DNA of 63,755 nt, filler included, from Octopus bimaculoides (taxonomy: Eukaryota), in NCBI RefSeq assembly GCF_001194135.2. It is 4 parts of 4 records of this genome, joined end to end, with 100 filler letters (N's around TTAATTAATTAA, not from the genome) between each part and the next. Parts side by side here need not be neighbours in the genome. Positions count along the whole stretch, not along the records: positions 29,641 to 56,179 come from NC_068991.1; 3 more parts are not named here. One strand, given 5' to 3'. Shown in pieces: positions 36,401 to 50,400 of this stretch. Made by a program: the position numbers and the translations under genes. The notes below the pieces were generated by a model. The model worked only from the letters and a program-made list of their open reading frames with translations, was not told the origin of the DNA and ran no database searches. How positions within the stretch are numbered: the stretch's first letter is position 1; each line of letters begins with the position of its first letter.

Positions 36401-39400
36401 TTCTAGAAATCACCTTTCTTTTACATTTTGAGAGTGTAAGGTGTGATTAAAGAGAGATTTGGTTGCTTTTACAACCAGTTCAAGTAGGGTGAAAAAAAAA
36501 GTTTTAGCTATTAGCAGTCAGAGAAAGAAAGGAATGAGAGAGAGAGAGAGAAAGAAAGGAATGAGAGAGAGAGAGAGAAAGAAAAGAATGAGAGAAAAAG
36601 AAAGAGAGACAGAACAGAACAGAACAGAAAAATGTAGCACTATCTGCAAAGTGGCCTTGCTTAATGTGTAGAAATTCAATATTATATTATGTACTTAGAG
36701 TAAGCAATAGGTGCAGTGAAGGAATCTGACAGACTGAAATTAAATCACTGGATGCAGCAAATGCATAGGAATGGTTAGTAGCAGATACTACAAGCAGAAA
36801 CTGCATTGATTACTTGTCTATGTCCCCTTCTTTAACCCTGTAACATTTAACCTTGTTAAATGTAATGCTTATTTATTCACATTGTTTTGAATTAATCATA
36901 CATTATCTTGTAGCTTCAAGATTTCAATGATGTGATTGTTTATTTTTAGAAAGGGTTGGTGTGGGAGGCTGGATCTGTCCAATTTGAAAATAAGACAGGC
37001 AGAATATCTGTTTCATACATTGGACTGTAACCAGGCTGGAGCATTTCCTTCATGTGTTTTTAGTTAAACATATCACACTGCAATTCTTAATTCAGTCTGC
37101 TACTTATTTTATTGAAGTCTATTTGTTGAACCACTAAGTTACAAGATGTGAAAGGACACAATATAAACAAAAACATTGATTTTTAGGCATAAACACAGAC
37201 ATAGACACACACACACATAAATCAGATCAAAGGGGATTTAGAAAAGTGAGAGGTTACCTCAGACAGCACTTCTGCAAATACTAAGAGAGTGCATAAAAAT
37301 GAACAGTTTCCATAAGGGAAACCATTTCATACAGCTTAAATTCTACAGAGGATTTATTACTCACAGAATATGCTACAATTAGTACAAGAATGGAGGTGCT
37401 GGTAATGTAATACAAACATCCCCATTCTTGGACTTACACACACACATACACATTTGTGCACTCCTACAGTTTTCATTTAGTAAATTCCTCTCATGAGATA
37501 TTGGTCAGCCTGAAGTTATAGTAAGATGATTTAATTAACACAGAAGGTTTCTAATGAAAGTTCAGTCACTAAGTTTTTGTTTATTAAGTTTTCAATCATC
37601 CCTGACTAAGCAGAACTATAATCTATTGCATTTCCAGATGTGACCATCTTGCTTTTTTTTTTTTCAAAATTATACAACAAGTCATTTCTTTCTTAAAATA
37701 GTAGTGTGTCATCAGAAAGAGATATGTCAGTTATTTCTAGCATATAAAACGACCATGCAGCATTTCCTTTGTTGGCTCAACTAGTTTTGTTAAAACTAGG
37801 ATGGAAAATGTTCAGTGGCTTGTTACATCTGTCGGTAAGAAAGTGTTTGTGACAGAACAGACTCTATGAAGTATATGTACAATGATGTTGTACAGTAGGG
37901 GTATATCACAAGCAATGTCAATTTATAAAATAGTGCCCATGCTAACAGCAGCTGTTGAGACAGAGGCAATGAGAGGAAGAGCTTCGAAAAAGTGTGGTCA
38001 GATCTAAAAATGCTGCATAGTACAAAAAAGATCACACAGGATCTTTACAGCAGTAAAAAGTTTTGGGAACACTTGAGATATATTATACTGAAAACCTATC
38101 CAAGAAGATGGGTGGATATTTAAAAACAGTTATAAGTTTAAATAACAGTGCCAAACCCTAACAGTTGAGGGAACCCGTGGAAGAGGTAGGCCCAGGAAGA
38201 CCTGGGCTGAGGTGGTGAAGCAAGACCTTCGAACATTGGGCCTCACCAAGGCGATGACTTCTGACCAAGACCTTTGGAAATATGCTGTGCGTGAGGCACT
38301 GTGTATCATCAATCACCTCAGTCCTTTGTTATTTCCTCCATGAAGCTAAACATCCTAAGATTGGTCTTCACTTCCTCATTCCCCATCTTACTTTGTCTCC
38401 TTCATTCACAGGTTTTCTCTGCTGTAATTAGCACTTCTTTATTCTTTTAGCATTTAAACTGGCCATATCCAGCCTAAATGTTCTATCTGTTTTATGATTA
38501 AATTGGCTAAGTCTGGCCTCTCACACTTACCCTTGAATGTCATTTTAAAAATAAATAATCACATTCATCAAAATCTTAAAGTTACAAGACGTTACATGAT
38601 TAATTCAAAACAATGTGAATAAATAGGCATTAATTATGAGAGTAATCTGAATACTAAAGGATTATACAACTATCCTCATCCAGTCACATTACATTCTCAA
38701 ACCAATATTGTCTACTCTCTTGCACATTACACCTGATTCCTCTTATGCTCAGTTTTCCTCTCAACACATTTGTACTCTGTTGTCCATGCATGCTAACATT
38801 GCACAACCAGTGAAGCATGCTAGCTTAGTTTCTTTCTAGTCTCCACAGGTCCTCTATATTCCAGACCCACATCTCACAACCATGTAGCACTGCTGTTTAT
38901 ACACAAGTATCATGCCTGTCTGCCTTTCAAATCTTTAGTTATCAAAAGAGATAATACTTCCCTGAACTATCTTCAGCCTGTTCTTACTCTGGCTACTACA
39001 TTTTCAGAACTTCCTCCTCAATTACCAATTAAGTCACCTAGATATGAAGCTATCAGCTAATTTGAGAAATCCTCCTGAGCATCTGAGAGCATCTATTTCC
39101 TATACACTGCTGGTGTTTATTGCTCCTCCACGTCTACCATAACTAAAGTTTATTTTCTTTGATAACTTGCCTATGATTCCACTGCACCTTAAGTATGTCC
39201 ATAGTTTGCATTGGATACATTGTATGGAATTTCTACCAAATCCTTTACTACATAGAGAGCTTGGCCATTTTCCTGATAGTAGTAGGGTTCTGTGTTTTCC
39301 TATTTACTAATTCTTGGGTCTTTGCTAAGTTCATTTTCAGGGTTTTTAATTCCAGGTTTTGTGTCCATGCCTGGAATTTCAGTTCTCAGAATGAGAGTTT

Positions 39401-42400
39401 CCACAAGCTTCCAGTTTTCTTCCTATTTATTATTTTAAACTTTGCTAAATTCACTTTGAGGCTTCACGATTCTAGGATTTGTTTCTGCTGGAATTGAAAA
39501 CTATATCTTAAACTTTTCTGATATGGCTTAGAGGATTATAATGAACAGAGAGAGCTGAGATTGACCCCTGCTGTACTGCACCTTCACACTGAATTCATCC
39601 TTATACTCATTACTAACTCTCACCTTGCTGATTTTGATTCTGTACATGGATTGTAACAGCCCTCAAATGCCATTCACATAGCCCAAGCTTTCTCAATGGC
39701 AGCCAGATCACACAGCAGAGGATCCCTGTCAAACACCTCTAGATCCACAAATGTATTGTATGGAGGCTTATTCCTGGCAACATATGTCTCCTGCAACAGC
39801 CTCATTAGGAAAATAGCCTAACTGCATCACATCTGTTAATTCTCTCTCTAATCTATTATACTGTAACTCTTTCTGTAACCTTTGTAAACTGATCTAACAG
39901 TTTAATGCCTCAGTAGTTTCCTCTATAATTTCCTATCACTAATGCATTTTCTTTGTCCTTTTAGTAGTTGACAATGATGCAGCTGTGCATCTGATTTCCT
40001 ATGTGAGTTATGATTTTGCCAGATATTTTAAGCATCTCAGCAGTGATTCCTAATGGATGAGGATGCCTTCCTTTCCTTCGTATCTTTAATCTCTCTATCC
40101 ATCATACTGCTTTCTAATTGAATGGCCAGTCCCTCTGTTGGGTCTCTACTTGAGATAAACCCTCTTTGTCCCATGTATTCTCTTCATTCAACAACCTCAC
40201 ATAATAGTACTTTCAAGTCTTTTTTGTCATTCTTTGTACAAGCAAGACTACCATTATCATTCCAAACACACTTCAACCCAACAATGTCAGGATTTTCTCT
40301 CACTGCCTAGCAATCTGAAATATCTCATGCCTTTCTCTGATCCACACATCTAAGAACATTGGGCAAAGCTTTTACTCTCAGCTTTTCCTTTTGCTAGATT
40401 TACCTGATATCTAGCTTCTTTTGTTACAATTTGCTTTTGCTCTTTGCTACCCATCCTTTCAATTAGTTTTTAAGTCTGTCTCTTAGCCTTTGTGGCTCTC
40501 TCTATAGAGCTATTTCATCATCCTCTTAACCTCTTTTTAGTTAGGACCATGCCTCAGTCACAGATCTGGTCTGATCTCCTTAATAGATTATTCCAAAGAA
40601 GCTCCCAGTTGTTCACTCTCAACATTATTATTTTCTATCTCCTCTATCTTGTCTTATGCTAATACTACTTTAAACATACACACACGTATGTTTATACCCT
40701 ACATACAATATGATCCGGCAAGTAAAGTGAGATCACAGCCATAGCCTATACTAGTGTCGCATAACCAGCCCATTTAAAAAATACCTTTGAATCGTCGGGG
40801 GATACGCCGTGCTTGAAGAGACCTATTGAGTCAAGTAAAATCAAAATCACAATCAAATTGAAATCAAAAATGGTAATTGTAGTTGTGGCCGATGCCAGTA
40901 CCGCCTGACCGGCACACAAAAAGCACCCACTATACTCTCGGAGTGGTTGGCGTTAGGAAGGGCATCCAGCTGTAGACACATTGCCAGATCAGATTGGAGC
41001 CTGGTGCAGCCTCCTGGCTTGCCAGTCCCTAGTCAAACCGTCCAACCCATGCCAGTATGGAAAACGGACGTTAAACGACGATGATGATGATGATGATATA
41101 TATATATATACACACACACACTCACATACACATTATAGTTATACACACATACACAATCTTCTTGAAATTGCTACAACTGAGATGTGTTTCACCACACCAC
41201 ACTAGACATTTCTGTCCTATATTATCTTTGGCAGAGCCTCAATTTCGTGTTGTGTGACTGCTTATAACATCAATGTAATCGAATTGTCTACATCCTCTAT
41301 TAGAGTACAGAAATCTCCATAATAACCAAAACTTACTCCAGCATTGAACAACAGTAGAGATGGGTGAAAAGTCCGTAAACCTCTTTCGTTTTGCACTCAT
41401 ACCGTAAGAAGCCTGGTGAACATGTCACAGCTGATGCGCTCACCACAGTAAATAGCCATAGCCATAACTGACTCCCTAACTTACTAAATAGACATAGTCG
41501 GCACCCTTTCTAATCGGCACTTGTATAACTGTGTGTTGCAGATGGAAAAGTAATGATTTCTTTTAGTAAATACAATACATTTTTCTGTTTTGAAAAGTTA
41601 ACATTTATTTACATACTTTAAACATATACATAGATATACGTGTTTGTGTGTGTATGTGTATACACATACACGGGCGCACACATGTGTAGATATGCTCTTT
41701 CTCTCTCTCTCTCTCTCTCTCTCACAAACAATTCATACCGGTTTCTGTGTGTTTGTATGAAATGTATACACATAAATACTTGTCTGTTTGTCTATCTGCA
41801 TGTACGTATTATGTATGCAAACATATATTACTGTGTCTGTATGTATGTATATAGACTTGTCCATTAGCTAACAATAAACAGTTCTATGAACAAAATACTT
41901 TGTATAGTCTATTTGCACATTTTGTAAACAGTGTTAGTGTACGTACAGGAGAGATGAATCTGTGTGGGTGTATGTTCTAGTTATTTTTAACAATGCCACT
42001 AAGAAGCTTAACTTTTAAAAATATTTATTCATATGGGTCAAGAAGTTCGCTTTCCAGCCACGTGGTACCCGGTTCGATCTTATTACGATTTTGTTTATAC
42101 ATGTTTACCTTTCAATATGCGTAACTTCTATATTGCATATTATATTTAGAATCCAAATCAATTATATATTTCCAAATGTTTATATTTAAATAAATAAAAT
42201 TATTTGTATTTAAATTTGTATGTTTTCTTAATCAAGGAGGNNNNNNNNNNNNNNNNNNNNNNNNNNNNNNNNNNNNNNNNNNNNNNNNNNNNNNNNNNNN
42301 NNNNNNNNNNNNNNNNNNNNNNNNNNNNNNTGAACAATCTATAGTTTGCTATGTTTCGTTACAAGGTGACATAGTTAATAGAGAAAGTTTTGCATTCCTT

Positions 42401-43654
42401 GGATGTGAATTATTATTTCAAATTTCGTCGAGGTCGAATTTGCCAATCCTTTCGAGGTCGATAAAATAAGTTCCAGTTCAACACTGGTACTTCGCCCTTC
42501 CTTAAAATTGCTGATACTTATATTTAAGAAATATATTACTTGCTCAATATTTTCCTATTTATGTCAACAATCGTGGATAATGTATTTCAATTTCATACGT
42601 AATCAATGTAAAAAGTTTACTGAAGGACAGGCATGATCGGAATGTCTTTGATAATGTGTTTGTTCGATCTGAATTGACCTGGGGGCGGGGTAACCGACAA
42701 CATACCTTTTAAAATGTTCAAACAGATTCACGTAATATAAAAAACTGGGGATATCTAAGTTAATATATTAAACTCTCTATCAGTCACTTTTTTTATCTTT
42801 CTTAACTATCTTCTAGCTCTCATAATTAAAAAAAAAATCCACATCGACTGATTTACCCCAATTTCTATGAAATTGAAAGGATCAGCGATAATTCTCCCTA
42901 AGTATACGTGTGTATATACCTAATAAATAATAACTCATTGACAATAGCCAGACTGAGATTGCGTTTTTAAATCAATAACTCCCCATTAAAAAGAAAAAAA
43001 GTCGCTCACACATACACTAAAATAAACTACTAAACATTTAACGAAAATCATTACTTTTCGGTTGTACTAGCAAACAAAAAAAAAGTGGAAAATAATAATA
43101 ACAATGAAACAAAGTAAATAAAACCAGAACCGAATCAAAAAGTCAAGATGAGGGTAAGGGTGAAATGTGATGAGTGGAAATGTTAGATATTGATTGTTTT
43201 AACTTACACTGCATCGTCTCCATTCAAATTGGTAAGGTGGATGACGAGAAAAATAAATAGATGCATCGTTTGCAGGAAAATCCTTGTCTTCGAACAGTTC
43301 CGCCTGTTGCTTACAATTTCGACGGACGATGTCGTAAAGACGAGAGATCTGTTTATTACTTTTACCAGACATGTATGTGTCTTCTTTAGACATATTTAAA
43401 TTATTGTTTGTATAACTAATAGTCTCCTCATGGCTGGTGCCGTTCGTCACAGTTGTTGTAGAAGTAAAAGCGATGTTACTGGCAAAATTTTGAGCTTTAA
43501 GTTTTGTTGGTAAAGGTGAGAAAATTCCAAAGTCCAGCTGTTGTGACGATATCGAATTCCGTTGCTTGGCGGGGAATTCGTTATTTTGCTGCGATCTATA
43601 TGGCTGAGGTGTGAAGACAGCTTCTCTTCTGAGAAACTGATTCCCAGAATTCAT
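30158..43654 (-). CDS. Calpain-family (CysPc domain) gene, 5' part only; catalytic Cys replaced by Ser
   Basis: Exons 43654-43208, 31345-31264 and 30419-30158 with GT-AG introns in phases 0, 1 and 2. Translation: ..[115 protein letters not shown]. No downstream exons were found before the spacer at 29541-29640. Confidence 0.9.
31264..31345 (-). CDS. Calpain-like exon 2 ([28 protein letters not shown])
   Basis: Acceptor tttttag, donor GTGAGT. Matches the P.F..DG...FD..QG.LG motif. Confidence 0.88.
32090..33290 (+). mobile_element. Degenerate RTE-clade LINE (RT to 3' end) in a calpain intron
   Basis: ADDLVL RT motif near 32370; downstream DNA resembles 20955-21238; many stops. Confidence 0.75.
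33616..33643. repeat. Perfect 28-bp telomere-repeat palindrome TTAACCCTAACCCT-AGGGTTAGGGTTAA
   Basis: Read directly; adjacent to an N gap. Confidence 0.9.
34505..35190 (-). mobile_element. Three tandem family A SINEs
   Basis: Repeated aactggtac..tttatc..gaaaggatgaaa..atttgaactcag blocks. Confidence 0.75.
38140..38300 (+). mobile_element. RTE LINE 3' ORF end fragment
   Basis: [42 protein letters not shown]. Confidence 0.75.
38680..40600 (-). mobile_element. Degenerate RTE-clade LINE
   Basis: Reverse complement matches 33001-33050 and gives an FVDLE.FDR motif near 39740 and AVLHG near 38885. The right-hand boundary is approximate. Confidence 0.65.
43208..43654 (-). CDS. Calpain-like exon 1: low-complexity N-terminus plus start of CysPc ([11 protein letters not shown])
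   Basis: ORF from ATG at 43654, donor GTAAGT at 43207. The true start codon is inferred. Confidence 0.8.
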
Positions 43655-44824
43655 TGTAGGAACCAGATTTCTTTTATATATTTATTTATTTGCTTTTTTT
43701 CTCTTTCAGTCAGGCAGGATGCTGTGTTAGGTGAGCTTCCACACATGTTTGATGTTGCCGATAAGTTCATCACATGTGCAGGTACCCGCCATATTGGCAG
43801 CTCAACTATTTGAGCCAAAAATAAATAAAAGAAAAAATTGTTTAAAGCGGTAGACAGGAAAAGCTAGGTATGCAAAACAGCAAGGTTAAGCCTACCTATT
43901 TAATGTCATATAATCCTTAATGCATATACAACACCAAAGCTATTTGCTACTTATGCATTTTACTGTTTTAACTATATACTATCAACCAATCAATAGACTT
44001 TACTCTTTCACTTAAAAGGGAAAAAAATCCATGAATTCATATTACAACGTGCAAGTTACTATTTTTTTAATCTTATGATCTAATATCAGTTTCCATTTAA
44101 TAAGTATGTTAGTGTACTTGTAAATGTCTAAGTACTAATGTGTGTGTGTGTGTGCATGCGTGCATATGTTTTGTGTAAAGTGGGCGGGTGGGTGTGTCCT
44201 TACAGTTATATTCTACCTCTCCAAAGTTATAATTATCGATCATTCCATCATTTTAAAGTGTTATATTTTAAACAAGTATAGCTGTTCGTTTAAAACAGAA
44301 AGTACTGTACACTGTTATATCAAGACTTGGAAAAGTTGGAACACGTCATTTGTCAAAGAAAGGTGCTGTGATGAAATGCCCATAGATGGCATGCTTTGAT
44401 TAATGTCATTGTGAACTTCTGTCTCTTCACTCAAGTGTAAACAAAACTTTTACATGCGATATTGTAGCTTTCGCCTGTTTTTTTTTTATAGCACACACAC
44501 ACATACACACCTCCACATGTATTATGTATGTCAGCGGGGAAGGAGAAAGAAATGTGTGGATGCATAATGATATATCCTTTTTTTTAACATTTTCAGTTTT
44601 ATAGATGGATAAACTACTCTGAAGAATTTGGAGAGAAATATATAATAAAAATTATGTCTCTGGTAATAGAGCATTAACCTTTACTTTATTACTTGAATAT
44701 ACTTTACTGCTCTATACTTTAGGTGCTTCGTTTTTAGATATATGATACATTGGCAATGTGTGTGTGTGTGTTATTTCTTTACTACCCACAAGGGGCTACA
44801 CACAGAGGGGACAAACAAAGACAG

Positions 44825-44990
44825 ACAAACGGATTAAGTCGATTATATCGACCCCAGTGCGTAACTGGTACTTATTTAATCGACCCCGAAAGGATGAAAG
44901 GCAAAGTCAACCTCGACGGAATTTGAACTCAGAACGTAGCAACAGATGAAATACCGCTAAGCATTTCGCCGACGTGCTAACGCTTCTGTG
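44825..44990 (-). mobile_element. Family A SINE (others at about 23530-23720, 42410-42510, 49410-49580 and 54640-54840)
   Basis: Close match to the family A consensus seen elsewhere in the window. Confidence 0.75.
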
Positions 44991-46068
44991 TGTGTGGCGA
45001 TAAACATTTTATATATATATATATGTATATTTATATATGTTTGTGTATAGGCATGGCTTCATGGCAAGAAGTTTGCTTCCCAATCACATAGTTCCAAGTT
45101 CAGTCCGACTGCGAGGTACCTTGGGCAAATGTCTTCTATATCCTTGGGCTAACCAAAGCCTTGTGAGTGGATTTGGTTGATGGAAACTGAAAAACGTCAT
45201 CATCATCATCATCACCATCATTATTGTTTAACATCCGCTTTCCATACAGGTATGGGTTCGACGGTTTGACTGGGGACTGGCAAGCCAGGAGGCTGCACCA
45301 GGCTCCAATCTGATCTGGCAATGTTTCTATAGCTGGTTGCTCTTCCTAATGCCAACCACTCCGAAGAGTGTAGTGGGGCAGTCAGGCGGCACTGGCATCA
45401 ATCACGCTCGACTGGTGCTTTTTACGTGCCACCAGCGTGGGAGCCAGTCAAGCGGTACTGGCATCAACCACACTTGAATGGTGCTTTTTACGTGCCAATA
45501 GGACAGGTGCCAGTCAGACAGCACTGGCATCAGCCACGGCTATGATTTCATTTGACTCAACAGATCTTCTCAAGCACAGCATATTGCCTGTCGATTGAAG
45601 GGTACTTTTAAACGAACCAGTTAAACTGAAAGAAGTCCATCATATATATAAATATATGTGTGTATGTATGTGTGTGTGTCTTTGTGTTTGTGCTTGTCCC
45701 CCACCACCACTTCAAAACTGGTGTTGGTGTGTTTATGTCCTCATAACTTAGCAGTTAGACAAAAGAAACTGATTGAATAAGTTCCAGGCTGCTTAAAAAA
45801 ATAAGTACTGGGTTTGATTTGTTTGACTAAAATTTCGTCAAAGTAGTGCCCCAGCATGGCCATAGTCTAAAAGCTAAAACAAGTAAAAGATAAAAGATGT
45901 GTGCGTGTGTGTAGTAGTCCATCTCCATTGTGTGTATATGTGTGTGTGTGTGTGTGTGAGTATTTTAATTCTTGTTGGATCTCATCTGTCTATGATACCT
46001 TTTTTTCAATTTGGCTGCAATCATTTTCTCTACTGAGCATGCTGAGTTATTTATCTTAGCTTATTTTT

Positions 46069-46117
<49 letters not shown>

Positions 46118-49100
46118 TTATAACCTGACACTTGTTTACGTGCGGAGAAACTGAAAGTAAGAAAAGAAGCTGCTGCTAACAATGGTTGTGGTGTTAACAG
46201 TAGTGATATTGACAATGGTTTGTTAATTGGGGAGAGAGAACAAAAGGATTGATATAGCTATGTAACAGACGATACTACTTTTTAAAATCCCTTTAGAGAT
46301 GACTTATAGAACATTGTAACCATAGAAAATGACAAAAGAAATGGAAATTAATGAGCCAGCCAAAATAAATATCATAAATGAAGGGAAAAAAACCCAGTTG
46401 AAATTTTTGTTGTTGTTTTTCTATAGTTACATCCATGTTGGTGATTCTGGATAGTTTCTGGCTGAAAATTTGAGATTCTCTACATTGTGGTATCTACGAG
46501 AAACAGAAAAGTATGAACTTATTAGGGTTAGTTAGCTCCTCACTATTTTTGTAGGTATGTTTATATAATATGGTGGATTAAATCATATCATTCTCATATT
46601 TCGTTGTGTACCTGATATTTTTGGTATTGGTTTTATATTCTTGTCATTCAAATGACTTCTTCTTCATAAGGCATTTTTATAGTATGTAGAACTTCTATTA
46701 AATATATCCTTATATATATAGGATAGGCAAGAAATGTATCTATTGATATTTTTTGTGGTATGTTTAATAATTGTAGGCAAGTGGTTAGTATCATGACTAA
46801 TGGATTAATTAGCCCATATTTGAGGTTCTCTAGAAAATCACCCTTGTCATATTTAAGTGCTAAATACAGCTTATGTAAGTTGAGGTATTTCATATGATGT
46901 AGTTTTAATACAAACTATGTACACAAAATTGTATTTTCTATACAACAAAAATAAAGTTATTTTGTTCAGGAATGTTACTGTGAACATATTCTTTCCACAC
47001 AATAGCTGTTTATGTTAATACTTGTCACTCAGGCATGTAAACTTTTCATTTAATCCTTACAAATTTTTCTTTTTACAGTTAGTATTCATGTCATTTGACT
47101 CAGCAAACTTTGTTACGATTTAGAGTGACTCCCCTTTGCTTCACTTCACACTTTTTAGTCTAGAGTCAAAATACAGCTCTACCCGCATTGTCATAAACAG
47201 ATACATTACATAACTAAACCACCCTCCACTCTATGATGTTGGAATACAGAAGGATAATTATCAAGTGTTTCTTTAGATTTTACAGTTTTCAAATGCCATG
47301 AGACAAATCTCACCCCATACTCCTATTTAGCAAATTTTTTATCAGAATCTGTGTATTTCATACAAACTCTTAGTTTATTTATTGCTGTTCTGTGAAGCAT
47401 AATGTTTTCTTTCCTTCTTTTCTCAGTCGATTTATTTAACTGTTAATTTTCCCAGATGACATGGAATCATAATTTAAAGTGACTGAGACTATCAGTGCAG
47501 TATTATGGTGTTTATGTACTATAAAACTGTGCCTTCACTGTTTTTACACACTTCTTCATTTCTTCTTTCACTTGAGTTCGACAAGTAGCAATACATGAAC
47601 AGAAAATTTATACTCCTGACATATATTCTCTTTCTCAAGTGCTTAACAACGATACTTATAATATTGACAGTAAGTTTCTCTCACAATTCCATAAAACTTT
47701 CTTCCAAGTAGAATTTATTTTTTTACTTGTTCCAGTCATTGAAATGTAGCCATGCTGGAGCACTGCCTTATAGTGTTAGTAAAACAAATCACTAATTGTT
47801 TTAAATGTGGTGCTTATTCCATCAGCTCTTTTGCTGAACTGCTAAGTTACAGGGATGTAAACAAACCAATATTAGATGCCACACAATGGACACACACACA
47901 CATATACACACACACGAATAAAAGGATAAACAGGCAAACAACTGGTATCAGGTCAGATTATGACATTTATACATTTAAATGGGAGGGTTGGGTTGTTACA
48001 GGAATAAAGATCACAAGAGGTCAATAAAATGATAATGGTTATGGTATATGCTAGTATTCTCCAGAAGTTATATAGTAAGCCCAGATTATTGGTATTAGGT
48101 AAAGCTGGTAAGTCCGAATTATTGGTATTATGTCATTGTAGATAGAATCCAAAGGTGGATGAGAAGAAAGGAGAAAGGAAGGAAGAAGGTGCACAGATAG
48201 TTTCTTATGGCTGTTTCAAGAATAGATGTGCAGAGGGTGCATTTCTCTGCAAACAGTTAACAGCTAACATTATAGTTGCAATCTATTCCATCATTGGAAG
48301 ATGAATGAGCTAAAGTCTTAACAGGAAGTAATGGTTTATTAGTTATGTCAGAGATATACAGAGGTGAACATAAAAGAAGAAAGGCAGAGTACAAGGTCAT
48401 GATAATAGTAAGATAGATAAAAACTAACATGAGAAGAGATAGATATATACCATTCAAATGTTAGAAGAAGGTACATATAAAGAAGTGACCCGTACCAATA
48501 TGTGTAGGGAAGGGAAACGCTGAGTGGGGTTGTGTGAGGAAGATCATGAATAGCAGCAGAATATAGGGTAAGTAAATTAGAATTATCAGTTAGCTAGATT
48601 AGCCACCAGGTGTCAGGGGGAACATTATGTATGAAGAAGAGGCATTGAGTTTCAGGTGAGGGGTAACTTACAAGATGAAATATACTTACTAGCCACCAGC
48701 TGTGTGGTATGGTGATCAATGCATGTGGGAAAGAAAGGGTTATGCTATATAGAGAAGGGGAGAGGCAAGAGGGTTGAGAAGTAATGAAGATTTGTTGTGT
48801 TTTACAGATTTAAAAGAGCTCAGGTGGGCCAATGTATTGGGTGTTTAAAATGGAAGGTGACAGCAATGTATATCCTGATAGAGTTTTGTTGTTTGCTAAG
48901 AAAAATAGATTTATAAACTGCATTAAATTTGTAGCAGTTGCTTTATAACGGACAATTACTAAGTATTTTACAGTTGCATCATTTCCTGTTAAGCTCCTTT
49001 ACACTATTTTTGTTGTTTGTATTATTACTAAGATATCTATACAGTGTTAAACTGGGTCCATCAGATTCTTCTTCCTCATATATGCTATATTCTAGAGTAT

Positions 49101-49673
49101 CATCAGTGTTGTATATACTGTTATTAGTATTTGCATTATCTCTAGTTCTAGTGGTGACAAAATGGGGGTCCTGTTCTCAGAGAGGTTAGTTGGGTTGTTC
49201 ACATTCTTGCCTATATTTTTATATTTAGCCATCTTGTGGTGGTTATCAATTTCAGTATTCATAAGACTGGCACCATTGTTAAGGCTGTTGGTACTATTAC
49301 TACTACTACTACTACTACTATTAATACTATTGTTGTTATTATTACTATTACTATTGTTATTTTTATCTCTGTTATTAGAGTTGCCTTCATTACCAACCAT
49401 AATATTGGTTTCAAATTTTGGCACAAGGCCAGTAATTTCGGGAATAAGAGTAAGTCGATTACATTGACCCTGAAAAGAAGAAAGGCAAAGTTGACTCCAA
49501 CAGCATTTGAACTCAGAACATAAAGATGAATGAAATTCTACTAAGCATTTCACCCAGTGTGCTAATGAATCTACCAGCTTGCTGCCTATTAACTATTAAC
49601 TATCATAATATTAGGCTTGCTAATGCTGCCAGAATTGGCCCTACTGCCACTAAAGCTTCTGTATATGTTATAA

Positions 49674-49722
<49 letters not shown>

Positions 49723-50198
49723 GGCACTGACTTGGCAGAATCATTAGCATACTGGGCAAAATGCTTTGTGGCATTTCATTTGTCTTTATGTTCTGAGTTC
49801 AAATGCCGCTGAGTTATCTTGTAAGGTACTAATGTTGATAGAGAAGATAATGAGGGGATAGGCATAGGTCTATTATAACGATCATGGAAATATGGAAATA
49901 AGTGTTATGCATGAGGGATAAGTTTACACTTTGACTTATGGAAAAATTTATATGTGCAGAAAAATTTGTGTTTACAATTTATGAAGCCTTCATTTTGTTT
50001 GTTGAGTAATTGCGGTGAGTTGTGAGTTAAAATCTTGAGGGCTTCTTTTAGGCAGAGTCCACTTGTGGAGTGTTGGCTCTGACATGGGATACCAGAATCT
50101 ATTATAGCCCAGGATATCCTGTATTGTGTTTTCCTATTAATTAGATGGTGTATGTGGCTGGTTAGGGATGTGGAATTGCTATACTCTTTATATTTAAA

Positions 50199-50400
50199 TC
50201 AGTTTAAATGTGCAGAGTATCTTTGTTTGAAATTAATGGTAGACCCGATATAGTAGCTAATGGAGTTATTTAAGAGGTTATGGACAGTGCATTGGTATAC
50301 CACGTTGAACCTTCTGCAGTGGGCTTGCAATGGGCAATCAGTCCCAGATCTGAAGTTGCAGTTATCTGTTCTAAGTTGGTTAGTTGAAGAGAGGGATGGA
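50199..50400 (-). mobile_element. Penelope-type GIY-YIG endonuclease fragment
   Basis: CNFRSGTDCPLQAHC..VVYQCTV..YYIGST.NFKQRYSAH (VVY/YIG motif with upstream Cys cluster). Confidence 0.7.

Noticed and set aside
43690-43736. Plus-strand polypyrimidine/AG acceptor followed 21 nt later by GTGAGC (antisense micro-exon)
   Set aside because: No partner exons or recognisable product. Such motifs arise by chance in T-rich DNA.
49092-49774. Asn/Ser- or Leu/Ile-rich ORFs (also 51145-51520)
   Set aside because: Translations of (AAT/ACT)n microsatellites and SINE sequence.
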